Under the pieces are notes generated by a model, which was not told the DNA's origin, made no database searches, and saw only the letters and a program-made list of their open reading frames with translations. Below are positions 1 through 13,060 of a stretch of 64,000 nucleotides of DNA, piece by piece (the first letter of the stretch is position 1; every line of letters begins with the position of its first letter). The DNA comes from Lophium mytilinum. Lineage: Eukaryota. Made by a program: the position numbers and the translations under genes. The stretch is from positions 952,606 to 1,016,605 of the forward strand of contig MU004196.1 in assembly GCA_010093605.1 (NCBI GenBank), in the 5' to 3' direction.

Positions 1-21
1 TGCTAATCTATGTCCCACCAG

Positions 22-1360
22 CATTTGGGATGCCTTCAGGGTACAGCACCCCTTCTTAACTATTGTTGATCCCGTCGCGCAATCGAAAATGGTCCGCAGT
101 CTCCTTTCCACATACCAACACGAAGGCTGGCTCCCGGATTGCCGCATGAGTTTATGCAAAGGCTGGACGCAAGGCGGGTCCAACGCCGACGTCGTCATTG
201 CTGATGCCTACATAAAGAACCTCACAGGCATCGACTGGGATCTCGCCTATCAAGCAGTTGTCAACGACGCTGAGAATGAGCCCCTTGAGTGGTCCTATGA
301 AGGCCGCGGCGGGTTGCAAAGCTGGAAGCGCTACAACTACATCCCCTATCTCGATTTCGACTACCTTGGGTTTGGAACGAACTCGAGAAGCATTTCCAGA
401 ACTCTTGAGTATTCCTACAACGACTACTGCATCTCAACACTGGGGAAAGGCCTTGGAAAGGATGAATACACAAAATACCTCTCCCGAGCCGGGAACTGGC
501 AAAACCTTTTCAAAGCAGACCAGAAATCCCTCATCAATGGCACAGACACCGGCTTCACTGGCTTCTTCCAACCAAAATACCAGAACGGCACCTGGGGCTA
601 CCAAGACCCGATCGCCTGTAGCCCGCTCACAGATTTCTGCTCCCTAACCTCCAACCCCTCCGAGACCTTTGAGTCGTCCGTATGGGAATACCTCTTGTAG
701 GTCCCCTGCCCTCTATTTCCCATCCTCATCCTCCATGGACTAACCAACCTCACCAACCCCAGCTACGTCCCCCACGACATGCCCACCCTGATCACCCTCC
801 TCGGCGGCCCCACCTCCTTCATCGCCCGCCTCGACTACTTCCACACCTCCGGCCTCGCCGACATCGGCAACGAGCCCGTCTTCCTCACCATCTTCCAGTA
901 CCACTACGCCGGCCGCCCCGCCCTCTCCGCCGAGCGCGCCCACTACTACCTCCCCTCGCGCTTCTCACCCACCCCCGGCGGGCTGCCCGGCAACGACGAC
1001 TCCGGCGCCATGGGCGCCTTCACCGTCTTCGTGATGATGGGCCTATTCCCGAACCCCGGGCAAGACGTGTATTTCATCATCCCGCCGTTCTTCGAGAGCG
1101 TGAGCGTGCGGAGCCCGCAGAGCGGGAAGACAGCCACGATCCGGAATGTGAATTTCGATGGGGGGGAGTATAAAAATATCTATGTTCAGAACGCGACGTT
1201 GAATGGGGAAGTGTATACGAAGAGTTGGGTAACGCATGATTTCTTCGCGCAGGGGTGGACGCTGGAGTTGGTGCTGGGGCCGGTGGAGAGTGCGTGGGGG
1301 ACGAGGGAGGAGGATTTGCCGCCCGGTGGTGTTGGGGAGGGGGGGATGGGGGGTTTGTGA
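22..1360 (+). CDS. Glycoside hydrolase family 92 alpha-1,2-mannosidase, 3' part (5' end outside window)
   Basis: Motifs TQGGSNAD, SRTLEYSYND, YVPHD, GNEP and GLPGNDDSGAM are typical of GH92. Exon 22-696, intron 697-762 (GTAGGT...CTAAC...CAG), exon 763-1360 ending TGA. Confidence 0.93.
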
Positions 1361-2043
1361 GGTGGACGTTGTTGGGTTTGCTTGAAGAAGCAGTAGGGGT
1401 AAGATGGGGAGAGTTGCCAGAGGGGATTAGACTCGAGATATCTGGATCACGATGGTTAGACAACGAAGCACTAGCATACCTCACATCAGCCGAAGAAGCA
1501 ACTTATTTTCAAGATTATTAATGGAAGACTCAAAATCGGTCAGCTCGATGGCTCCTAGCTAGCTACACGGCCCCCCACCACCACACATTCCCACCACTCT
1601 ACTCATATTTACACACTTCAGCACCTCTATTCCCTCAATCTATCTATCCCCACATCTGCCTCCCGACTTCCTTTCTCTCCCTCCGCATACCACACCAATC
1701 ATCCCCCTTTCTCCCTCAAAAAAACACTACAAGAAATTAACACCACTTATCGCCAGCTAATACGCCCTAGTATGTACCGTCGTCGCATCCAAGGAAGGAA
1801 AACGGAATACACAAAAAACCCCACAAGCCACCGAAGAAGAATAAGCCCTCGCCGATCCCGTCTATAGCAAAAAAATAAATCTGTTTGTTTTTTTCCTCAA
1901 AATCGTCCATCGTTCGTGTATAGCTAGCTCGGTGCCAATCCACTCAACTGAAATAAAACACGTCTCTCACGAAAGAGGTTTTTTGCTGTTGCAAAACCTC
2001 AGAAGGCTTTTTTTTCGTGCGATACTTCAAATCTAGCAAGCGC

Positions 2044-4341
2044 CTAGGCAGGCCGACCCAGGTTCATCTGCGGCCTCAAGCTCTCCATGAGGTCGTCGCG
2101 GGTGCCGACGACCTCCTTAGGCATACGCGAGACGCGGTACGCGCCGGCGCGGATGCTGTTGAGCTGGACTTGGGACATGGCGGAGCGAGTGGAGCGGATG
2201 GAGCCCGCGTCGGAGCCGGAGCCGTTGTCGCGGAACTTGGGCGGCGGGGCGAAGTCGAGCGCGGTGAAGGTGCTGGACTTGCGGAGGGCGTGACTAGGGC
2301 AGGTTAGCTTACGGGCTGGTAAAGAACTGCTTTGAATAGTGACTTACGGGCTGGGCATAGCAGGAAGGTCGTCGAAGGCGCCCACTAATGGCGTATGAGC
2401 TCGCACTGCAGGGCTATACGGTCTCGGCGCACCGAGAGGACTGTCAGGTCGTCGACCAGCCTGGCGATCTCTGTACGAGACAGGAGGAGCAAAGTCGAGA
2501 GGGTTGAAGATGGCCGAATCTTCCTTGAGCTTGCCAGGCGTTGGGAGCGAGGTGAGAGGCGTAGGGGGTGGCAGAGGTCTCCGGGGAGCAGCCACGCGTC
2601 CGCTCATGGAAGAGTTGCCGCGAGGAGGCGGCATGAAATGGCCGGTAGAACCGCTGGAGGCTCGGCCACGGCCAGTCTGGCCCTGGAAGCGTGGGGGAGC
2701 ACGAGGAGGCGGTGTCATGGCCCGGCGGCCAATGGGCTGAGCGTATGGTGCCTGAGCCATGACAAAGTTGCCAGTCTCGGGGTCGAAGATGGTTCCGTCC
2801 GCAAGGTACTCTGGGTTGTAGTCCTCGTAGTAACCCACAGGGTCCGGCTTAGAGTCATCAAAGTACTCCTTGTAGAAGGAACGGATACGGTTGGCACGCG
2901 TTTCGGGGTTATCGGCTGGGTCATCTGGGGGCAGAGGACGAAGGCTCATCGACAATCGACGAGGGTCATAGCCAAGATCATCCACCCCGAGGGCGAAGGC
3001 GTTGTTGTTGTTGTTGTACGATTCCTCGTGTTGAACTGGCATTGGAGCATCGACTGATCTGCGGCTAGCATTGCCGCCATCATAGCTCTGTTCACGAGAA
3101 GGAGGTGTAACTTTGAAGCCATCGCCGTAGTCGCTGGTGTCACTAATGCGGTTCATGTTGTTGGCATTAGATATGACAACAGCCTCCTGCGATTGGATTC
3201 GTGGTGGTGGCCGAGGGTGCTCGGGGAGCAGCTTGGCTGGAGGGGAAATTGGCCTTGGAGCATGGATATGAGGAAGAGTGGGTTCGGGAGGCGATTGAGC
3301 TTGTCCAGGGGCCTCAACAGTCGAGCCATCTCGGCTGTGGATGAAGGAGCCCAGGTAATTGTTGCTCGCCCTCATAGCATTGGCGTTGTTATCAAAGTAG
3401 GAGTCGCGTCCACCATCGGCAGGGTTGGGTGCAAGTCCGCCGTTCGATGCAGGCGCACGTGGCGGTGATCGATCTTGGGGGTTCGAGGGAGGCCCAGCTG
3501 GCTGTGCAGTCGCAGCTGGAAACTGGATCTGTGGCGGCTTCTCGCTGAGTGGAGATCCTACCTTGGAGTCGCCCCGGGGCGGGACCGACTGCGACATGCG
3601 CTGAGCGTTCTTCAATAGGCTTCCGTTCATCCTATCGGTACCCCCACTCGACCCCGTATACATTGAAGAGTTGTCGCGGGGAGCACGCGTGCTGCTTCCA
3701 GTTCTCATGCTAGCACTGTCTTTGATGAAAGTTACCGGGCGGTAGGGGTCATGCGGATCGTCCATGGAGCGCGCCATGGAGTTGACTGACTCTCGCGAAT
3801 TGTTCAGGCCGGCTGGGAGAATGTAAGGGCTTCCAACTCCAAGGTCCATGGACAAGCCCTTGTCACCCCGAAGTGTCTTCTCGGTGTCGGTGATGGTCAT
3901 CTCCGGGATCCCCTTTCCTTTCTGACTTGGCATGCCCGTCGTCTCCAGGCCGAAATCGAGAGATTTGTGGGGATCATTCCTGTCCTCTTCCTTGAGTTTC
4001 CTCTGGTGGCGGCGGTGGAGAAATAGAAGGACTACGATGGCCAAGAATACGGGAATTCTACGAAAGATCAGTACACATAGTACACAAGAGATGGAACTGG
4101 CCTACATAACGGCACACACAACGGGAACAAGATAATCGGGAGTCGGCTTCTCGCATTCGTTGGCGGACCCAGTACACTTGTCACGGGGTAGCAGGGCGCG
4201 AGTTATCGAGTGAAGAGCCCGGCTCGGGATCTCCATGACTGGGTCAGCAGGAGCAGGGCCTCGAGGCAGCAAGTCGGCAGATGCTACTGCGGCGTCTCTC
4301 CTCGCATGGTGGAAATGGTTGTGAGAGTGGTGTTGATGCAT
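2044..4341 (-). CDS. Conserved fungal single-pass membrane protein with long Pro/Ser-rich cytoplasmic tail, function unknown
   Basis: ATG at 4341 (MHQHHSH...); Cys pair then a hydrophobic segment (LVPVVCAV..IPVFLAIVVLLFLHRR) across an intron at ~4101-4057; long exon with RANRIRSFYKEYF; intron 2347-2294; last exon HALRKSSTFTALDFAPPP... to TAG at 2044. Confidence 0.8.
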
Positions 4342-6464
4342 CTTGGCGGCAGTCTTCACAGGGTGTTCATTCGGCCGCGACGGCGATTCTTCCAAGGAGT
4401 TCGTAATTGGCGCCCAGTAGAACGGCGATGACGGCAGGAACTCGAGTGAATAGACGAATGGCGGTCGTGTCGACGGTATTTGGTTTAGATATTAACAGCG
4501 TAAGGTCGTAAGGCAATCGGTCATAGCCGGTAGTGCTGGACAGAGGCTAAAGGAGTGACGAAAGGTAAAAAGCAGCAGCAGCAAGAATCCGAACCCTGAA
4601 AAGAATGACTTGGGTAAGAGGAGGCGGGGAATGCTGCGAGATTAGTGAGTGCCCACGAGGGTGGTGGTGTTGAGAGAGCGGCGTGGTGAAGAGGAGAAGG
4701 GATTGACAACTCGGGGCTGGGTGGATGATGAGCGCGGAGCTTGCACGCAACGGGACAGCTTGTCGACGGCAGGCGGTGATTGGGCGGGATTAGGGAGGGT
4801 AGCTTGCGTCGCACCAGCAAGAAATGGCGGAGAGCGACAGGGGCAATAAATGAAGCCCAGATTGGGGCGCGGCACAGTGCGCATTCCATGCCGTGCGCAG
4901 TCCGTCATCCTTCACCACAACACTGCTCCAGGTGGCAGATTCTGCCGGAATGACAGCAGAAACTCTGACGCACCTCAGGGGACGTCAATTGCAGCTATCC
5001 ACGGCAGTGGCAACGGGCGAGGAGTGGCACACCATCAGGGAGGGCGTCTTCAGCCGCGTCGTGGTTCCTGAGTGGTTTGTTGGCAGCCTCGTAAATTGCG
5101 AACGCTCAAGATAGACTCTAGCGCCTACACTATCGCGGAAGAAGCAAAGCGCCAGGTACACCTTTCCGAGGCCGAATCAGCAGCCGGAGCCCCTGTTGGT
5201 CGCGCAAAACCACAACTCCAAGGCTGACCCAGCCACGCCAGCCAGCCGCGAAGCGCTGAGATTGCGTGCCGAACGACCTGCCCCAAAGAGAGAACACCAT
5301 GCTCCTCACCCCGCAGCGATGGGGATGCTCTCAAGCCTCTTTCAGCTCTACGTTGAGGTTAAAAGGCACTCCCACCATCACCGACATCTGTAACTCGTCC
5401 TCGATGTCTGATCCGGAGCACGTGTGTGCGCCTGGCCTTCTCCCGGCCTTCGGTGCCACGAGGTTTGGAAACGAAGGACGAAGGATCCTTCACAATTTCC
5501 TGACTATCCCCTCGTCCTCGCTTGCCACCTCCATGCCCGTGATCGTGGTGATCTTCGCGGTCTCGAGGGCTGCGCAATTCCCACTCCAATCACAATCCTG
5601 GCGTGCCTGCACGAAATAAGATGCCTTCTCAGTAATAATAGAGCTGTTATACACAGTACACACACGGTGTGAATCTAGCCTTTGGTGTCAACACTGTCCC
5701 ACGTCATCGCTCCATCTCCCTAGTCTCAACCTCCTTGCCACCGCGTCGGCCTTCTTGCACGTTACCGTTGCACCGTCCCGAGTACGAAATTGCGGACACC
5801 GGGGACAGCCCTCCGAGATGCCGGGTGCGGATCGGCCGCCTTGGCTGAGACGGTCTCGTGTGCGGCGCGTGCTTCTGAACGCGAGGCTGATGCTCGACTC
5901 GAGTGGCTGACACATTCCCTTCCGTACGGAGGACCGGCATCAGCACTTCGCCGTTGGAACCTCCTTAACAAGAGACGACAGATCCCCTACGTTGTCCTCA
6001 GTTGGCTGTAATGGAATCGCAATAGGGCTTTGGTACCTCGGACTTGACCAACGAATGTGCCCATATCAATTTGTACTTCCCTCAGAAAGCTGACGTCCTA
6101 TGAGTCCAATTGCTCTCCATATAGCTCTGTCAGTTTTACAGTAGCTCCTTCCAACAAAAGGGCGCAGTTTGTCCACGCGTTGCCTCACCACGTTGCCCCA
6201 TGCGTTCTTTAACCGAGCTAATCTAAAGCCCTTACCTACAGGCTCCTTTCAAAAGGCTAAACTTCGAGACAACGTGCAACGACCCGCAGTAAAGGCCGCA
6301 CACGAGACTATTTACGGACTGAACCGTTCTATTATGGTATATGTATATGTATATGTGAAAAGTCTGGTCCCTTTTATGAAACCTCTCTAGCGAAAACGCC
6401 GTTGCAAATGCAACAAAATGCAATCCAGCTCGTCACGGAAAACTGGGTCCGTAGTATTTCTAAT

Positions 6465-7943
6465 CTACAACACTGAACCTACCACCGCCATTAACAACAC
6501 AACGAGCGCCAGCAAAGCTGTCGAGGGTGCCGAAAGCGACCTCATGCCAAATGACGTGGTACCGCAGCATTTGCCGTTATAGGTGACATTGTTAGCTTCG
6601 GCGGCGACTTCAAAAACGGACCCGTTGAACGAGCCAATATTGTAGTAGTCGACAAGGAGGAAGTTAGGTGGGCGGCCGTGGTCAGCTACACGTTTGTGTT
6701 AGAAACAGGTCCAGCATTCTCGAGACGTGGTAGAACTAGCGAACTCACCGGTGCACTCTCTTGTCATATTGCCCAAGCTCCCCGCGCCTGTCACTCCATT
6801 TGTCACATTCAAAGCCACTGAGTTTGGAATTAGGATGCTTGACGACCCAGCAATAGAGACCGCGACGTTCAGGTTGTGGTTGGCCATATACAGCCAATTG
6901 TTCGTGTTGTTCTCGCTCAAGCCCTCCGGTCGCCCCACCGTACAAGGGAAAGTAGGATCTGTGGGCGAATACGGCGTCTCCCACATGCTCTGGAACTCCC
7001 ATAGCATCCACGGCACCGCATCGTAATCGAAGTTGTAATCGATGAAGAAGACGACACGCTTCTGCGAGAGGATCATCTCGGATAGTGTGGGCCAGTCGTC
7101 AAGCGTCATCGAGTTCTTGGGCGGCTGGTAGATATAGGGCATCAGGCCTGCCTTCGTAATGGGATCAAGGTAATTGGCGGACGTAACAAGCGGGTTCCCG
7201 TTGTCGTCTTTGAGGGTATAGTCGCCGTTACCAATGAGGATAGTGACAACATCGTAGGGGTGGGAGCGAACCCATGCTGCGACTTCGGTTAGGTAGCTCT
7301 CGACAGTACCGGCATTAAGGAGGTCGCAGGTTGTGTGGCAGTAGTAGAGAGTACCGTTGACGATATGGGTTTGGCCTTGGACTGAGATTTATCGGTGTCA
7401 GTAGACATTAGACAGCCGCAATCTATAGATTAGAGTATACATACGCATTCGAATACCGTCGTTCAATTGAGTAGTTACTCCCAAGGCTTGATTGCTTCCA
7501 GCGTTATTCTTCACGGCGAACGGCGAATTATGAGCGGTGACTTCCGTTATGTTCGAGTACTTTCGTGTGCAGAATTCGGGATAGCCATTGCAAGGCTGTG
7601 TGTTCGTAGGTACTACTGATGAGGTCGTACTTGTTGCTGTAACGTTCCCGCTCTTCGTCGATGTGGAATGGCCTCCGACTAGCAAAATGACCGAATTGCT
7701 GGTGGACCGAGAAGAAGATGCACTCGTGTTTGACGCTGCCATACTGCTCGATACGCCCGACATAGACCCACTAGACCCACTCGAGGAAAATGCCCGAGTT
7801 GTGAAGTCAGACACAAACTCTGCTATAGAGCCTGTCGGGGCCGCATCTGCTCCTGTTATTCTTGTTCCGGATAGCGTGACGATGGACTGTGAGGAGGACT
7901 CGGCTACAGCGAGCCCGCTGAGCCATAATAGTCGCAACAACAT
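6465..7943 (-). CDS. Secreted, probably GPI-anchored PI-PLC X-domain (PLC-like phosphodiesterase) protein
   Basis: Signal peptide MLLRLLWLSGLAVA; Ser/Thr-rich linker; CNGYPEFC, AHNSPF, QLNDGIRM, MANHNLN, RPPNFLLVDYY; hydrophobic C-terminal tail. Introns 7444-7382 and 6748-6686. Confidence 0.88.
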
Positions 7944-9013
7944 ATTCGGGGGTGTGGACTTCTTCCGTTCGGGTCGTTACAAAAGTTTCGGAGCTGAGGT
8001 GTTTGTCTCGGCGCAGAAGGTCTCGTGGAGGTAATGTGATCTATACAGTTTGCTTAGTTCACAGCCTTTAACATTGATCTCCAGGGTCTCATACTGACTG
8101 TACCTACAAACGCAATAACAATGCCCTCGGCGAGTCCTCGAAGAAGGAGGCTGAGCGTCAGCGATCGAAAAATACACAGTCGTCTACAACACGCAACAAG
8201 AGTAGGGGGCCCAAAGGTTTCGCCTCAGGGGAGGGAGCGATGTGTGGAAGACAACAGTTGCCGCAGTTTTGCAAGCTCACGGCGCCTCTTCCAGCGAAAA
8301 AAAGACCGCCGATCTCAGCATGGAGCCGCGTAGACACCATGCTGCTGCGTGACATCATGATAAGGTTAGTCGCTTAGCCCCAAGCCCTACCCGGCAGATC
8401 CGGGTTCGCTAGCCTGATATTTGTTCTATTGATTCGTTGATATACTTGAACTTGTCGGGAAGGGCTTTTTAAGTTGCGTCCAATGTTAATTCTGTGGCCA
8501 ATATTCCACAACTTAACTCCGCCGGCTATAATAGTTGTCCGTTATGGTCAATTGGTCAGCTCAAACCTGCGTCTACGAACATTCGACGTTCAATGGAAGT
8601 TTTCTCGACAGTGGCATACAAGTGCGAATAGACGACTTCACCTTGGGCGTATTATCAGGAGTACATTCACATCATGGCACATCAATGGACGTTAGGGTGC
8701 TATTGCCTTTGCATTTGGGAAAGCTCGAGGATGGCCTCGTTTGACTAAAAGCTCAGTCTGTACATGGAACTGCTGTAAAACCATGAAAACTAGGGCTATA
8801 GCAGAGAATAGACCATTCATAAAGCTCATTTGGCATCACTTAGGCAGTGCCACCGGGTATACCTCCATGTTCGCCCTTGGCTCCATTGACCTCAACTCCC
8901 GAAAGAAAGTAGTGAAATCTTTTCTTCCCAAGAAACACCGATGAACTACAATCCCGAATGCCGGAGGAACGAAGTCGAGTCCGGCCAAAATAGTCCGGAA
9001 GCTGTGAAGCAGA

Positions 9014-10179
9014 TCAGGTGAGGTCCACTCGTTCGGTACCGTCGTCTTCAATCACAGTACGAAATCGCTTCCTCGGGCGCTCTTCTACTAGGGTGAGCTC
9101 GTCGTCGTTCTCAAAGGGCCTGGAGCCTTCGTCGTTCCGTTCCCGCTTGACTTCCTGCTTCACCTTGCGAGCAGCCGCGTCCCGTTCCTAGCCCTCAATT
9201 AGCATTCTCGAACCTTTAGTCATTGATTTCTGGTGGTCTCTTACACGCTGCCGCTTCAAGAGCTCTCTTGTTTCTTCTAGAGTCAGCTCTTCGATTGGTC
9301 GATCTTCCAAAGGAACTGGAGTCGGGCTCCGTGGGATAATTTGGAGTGCTTTCAGAGCATCTGATGTAAATTGTTAGCAAAACAAATAGCTAAAATATTA
9401 CAAGGCGACATACCACTCGAGCGGTAGCGGAAATTGAAGGTCGCAAATGGGGAGTTCCGAGGATCGATGTTGAATGTGTTGATAGTTTGAACTGCCGGCA
9501 TTTTCTTGGCTAGTTTGAGCCTTTTCACTGACATTAGCTAGTGCGTGGATGAAGCGATACTATGTTGGTTACCCTGCCTGATGCGATAGGGCTCTTCCCT
9601 TGAGTGCCTTTTCCGGGACAGATCCGAATTGTAGCAATCCGTCAGATTTTGTTGCTGTTGGAGCCTCTGCGATTCCCCGATACTCGATTCGACGAAGTCG
9701 GGCAGATATCTCTCCAACTTTACTTAACGCATCTCTGACCGTCTGGCCAATCTTGCGGGGATCTCCATCGTCTGAAAGATGTTGTCAATAGAGGGATTTC
9801 ATGTTTTCAGCCGGTAGGACTTGCCAATTGCCAGTTTCGAGAAGCAAAACTTCTCCAGGTACCACTGCTCTCCCTTCTTGCTGCGAACTCCTGTTAATTC
9901 GATCGGGCCCTTGAACAAGTCGTTCTTCTGAATGCACATGTTGTCCATAAACTTCCCATCCAGATATATGTCCATGGCGAATGAATACATCGACAGAGAG
10001 AATAGGCGAGTGAAGGTGAATCGAACTTCGAAAGAAGCACCAGAGGTAGCTTCAATGTACTTTGTGACGGTTCTTGGCTTTTCCTCTGGATCTTCATCAT
10101 CGTCGTCGTACTCCTTTAGAGTCTGTCCGTTGACGACGATCTCCACTTTCAAACCGGGCAAATCATTCAAGATCGCCAT
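9014..10179 (-). CDS. DUF7918-like fungal protein of unknown function
   Basis: GLKVEIVVNGQTLKEYDD...YIEATSGASFEVRF, VPEKALKGRALSH, PFATFNFRYRS and C-terminal ...ERVDLT* match my recollection of this family; several short introns, the first GC-AG. Confidence 0.75.
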
Positions 10180-11526
10180 TGGTGCTGAACGCCGGTGGAA
10201 ACTTGGTGTAGTATGGAACGAGATGAGAGAAGAAGATGTACGGACTGAGTGGCTTTATAACAGGCGCGGACGGCGCAAGAAGGTGTAAAAGACGCACGAA
10301 GGCCCCACTTCGCAGGTGAAGAGTGAGATGAAAGTGCAAGAAGGGTGAAGTCGAGGTCGCGGTGCAGCCTCAGGCGTGATCGATTTTAGCTCAGACGCTA
10401 GAACGCCCTGTCACGTGGCACGGCTGGCACCACTTAATCACCCTGATGAGGTATCACATGTGCAGGAATGTCCTCAGCGGGTGGTTCGTTTGCAAGCGTT
10501 TTAGACTTCCTTATGTCAGTGTTGCCTATGGAAATAGAACGATAGCTCGAGCTTCGTAGATCACCGTCTCAATATATCTCTGAAAGGTCCAACACCGTAG
10601 TGCCTTCGCAAAGCTGGAACAAACCCTGTTACCACGAATAGACTTGCTCTAGCGCTTCTCCAAAGCCCTGGATCAAATGCTAGTTCCTACACAGCTTGGA
10701 GTAGAACAACTCGGAACAACCATGATGGCCTAGCCTAGTCCTACCACTTTTTAGAACACCTTAGTATAGTATGAGAGAAGTTTAGAAGATATCTGAAAGT
10801 CCCATTAGATTAAGGTGGTGATGCTCCGATGAGTCTACACTTAAGCGCCAAGTCACAAACCTGAGAAGATTGTCCTACCACCGCTTAAAATGCTTCGATC
10901 CATTCCCGAGACTTGAACGACATGCGAGGATATCGTTCTTAAAGATGTGCCACCTCACCGAGCCACTCCAGAAAGTGCCATGAAAATGATCAAATGGGCT
11001 TATGCATCGAGAAAGTTGTAGTTTTGCCTTCAAGTACCTCTAGTCGGTGGTATGTGGGCGTGTAGAGATAAAGTTGCACTACTGTACGTCCATTAGTCAA
11101 GTAAATTCACCCTAAAAGTCTTTACTCGGTCAATGGAAATGATGGTATGCAGGTTATCGTTTCATACTGAGAAGGTGCCCTAGAACGGGACCACAAACGC
11201 TAGGAGGGACTAGGAACAAATGTACAGACTCGCCGCCGCCAATTACCCTCAGTCAACGACACGCTCTGCAGCCCCCACCACCATCCAACACGCCGATGCA
11301 TTGAATTGAAAATGAGAGAATGACTCGCAGCCATAGAAACGCCAAAAAGCCCTCAAAATGCCGTCTATCCCCAGAACTACTCCAGCCCGACCATGCAAAG
11401 GAAAGCAGCATTCGTACTGTCGTGAAGTCGCGCCTGGATCTTGTAAAGACCAATCATCGAGTGTACTAGAAGAGTAGGTGATGGTCAGTCGCTATCTAGG
11501 TCTCGGGTATCTCTTCGTTCAGCCGT

Positions 11527-12526
11527 TCACCAGTGTCCGACTCGTACCGGTGCGCCTAGGCCATAAGTGCCGCTCAATAGTTGTTGTCGAACGGACATGG
11601 GGTCCGATGCTCCTCCGGTGCTGGGGTTCGGGGCATCCGTGCCCATCCATTGCAGACTGCCCCGGAGCTCACCAATCGCCTCCTGCATCCTGCCACCTGA
11701 GATTTCGTTGTGTTTCGACAGCTTCTGGTCCCACCCTCCGTACTGCAACTGGATTCCTCCTGCTCGTTTCGAAGCTTCCCGAATAACGGACGCCCAGGCC
11801 TTCGCCATCTCTTCGTACGCCTCCTGCTTGTGTCGGTTGTGCTGGAAGGTGTCCCAGTCAGGGAGGCGGTGGATAAATTCGGTGGCGCCATCAAGGAAAG
11901 CTAAGGATGTGGCGGCCTGAGATTCATTTGGAGGGAGGAAGTTCGGCGTGAAGTCTTTCAAAGCATCCAGAAGATCGACAAGCGCCTGGCGGACTCTGTT
12001 GTAGGCGTAGTCTGAGGAAGCGCGGCCGCCATAGGGGTAAGACGCCTGGAACGCCGCCTCATAGTTTTGTAGGACTTCTAGTGTCGAGGAGACGCTCGGC
12101 CTAGGCGCGACGGAGACAATCTCTGATCCCAGGTCTGGGCGGCGTTCACATATCGATCGCAGGATGCTCCTCATGTCTTCAGCGCCGAGGGTCTCTAGAA
12201 GGCGGGGAAGGGCTAAAGGTCGCCCTGTGACGTTCGTTCGCATGCGTTTCGAGGACGGGCGTGAGAGGTTTCGTGTGGGCATCGCAGGAGAGTTCGTGGG
12301 AGATGCAGACATGCGGTCATCGTTGTCGCCGCTGGCGTCGTCGTCCGCCTTTCGTTTGCGGCTGGACATGGCTGTGGATGAAGATAGGACTGTACGCAGG
12401 AGGCCGGTCAGGGGTAAATTAAGGGGAGAGTCGACGGGAAGACGACGTACCAGAGCGAGATGGTGAGAAGCGGTTAGGAAGCAAGTGGGGAGCGGCAATG
12501 TGTTGGCTGGCAATGACACTATTCAT
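11527..12526 (-). CDS. STS1: Tethering factor for nuclear proteasome Sts1/Cut8
   Basis: [53 protein letters not shown] at 12526 with intron 12450-12390. Confidence 0.92.
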
Positions 12527-13060
12527 GACTGAGACACCCGCCGAGACCGCCGTGACGCAGAAACTGCGAGAAGATGAATTTGCCTGCTGCCCCAGGGAAG
12601 AAGGAGACGGGTTCGAGGTGAAAGGCGAGGCGGTGGTGGTTTGTTAGGGAGACAAGAGGTGGAACACACGACGATGCCGTGGAGAGGCCCAAGCCCAAGC
12701 GACCAAATCTCGGCCCGCCCTGATTCGGCAGCTGGACCCTCGCCTGCCTGCCAAGCGGCTTTCACGACACGTGATTTATACCATTCACTGGATATGACGG
12801 GAGAGCCTATATCAAGCGTGTAGTAGCTGCTATGCCATCCTCATAACACAGCCAGTGATATACAGTACATTCCAGAGCAATCATGCAACATTCATGCAGC
12901 AGGCCGCCCTGCCAATCCTTGTGATGGCCCGTGCTTGAGCAGGAAGTATACCCAAAGAGCCAACGCCTTCAGTAGGACTACCTCCTAGAGAAACAGTGCC
13001 ATCGCAGTATGAGATCCCAAGAAAAGCCACATTCCATGAACCCCGTGGACCGAACGCTGC

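Noticed and set aside
5266..6011. Possible pseudogene fragment on the minus strand
   Set aside because: A short protein-like stretch with an internal stop, but no family recognised; cannot be supported without a homology search.
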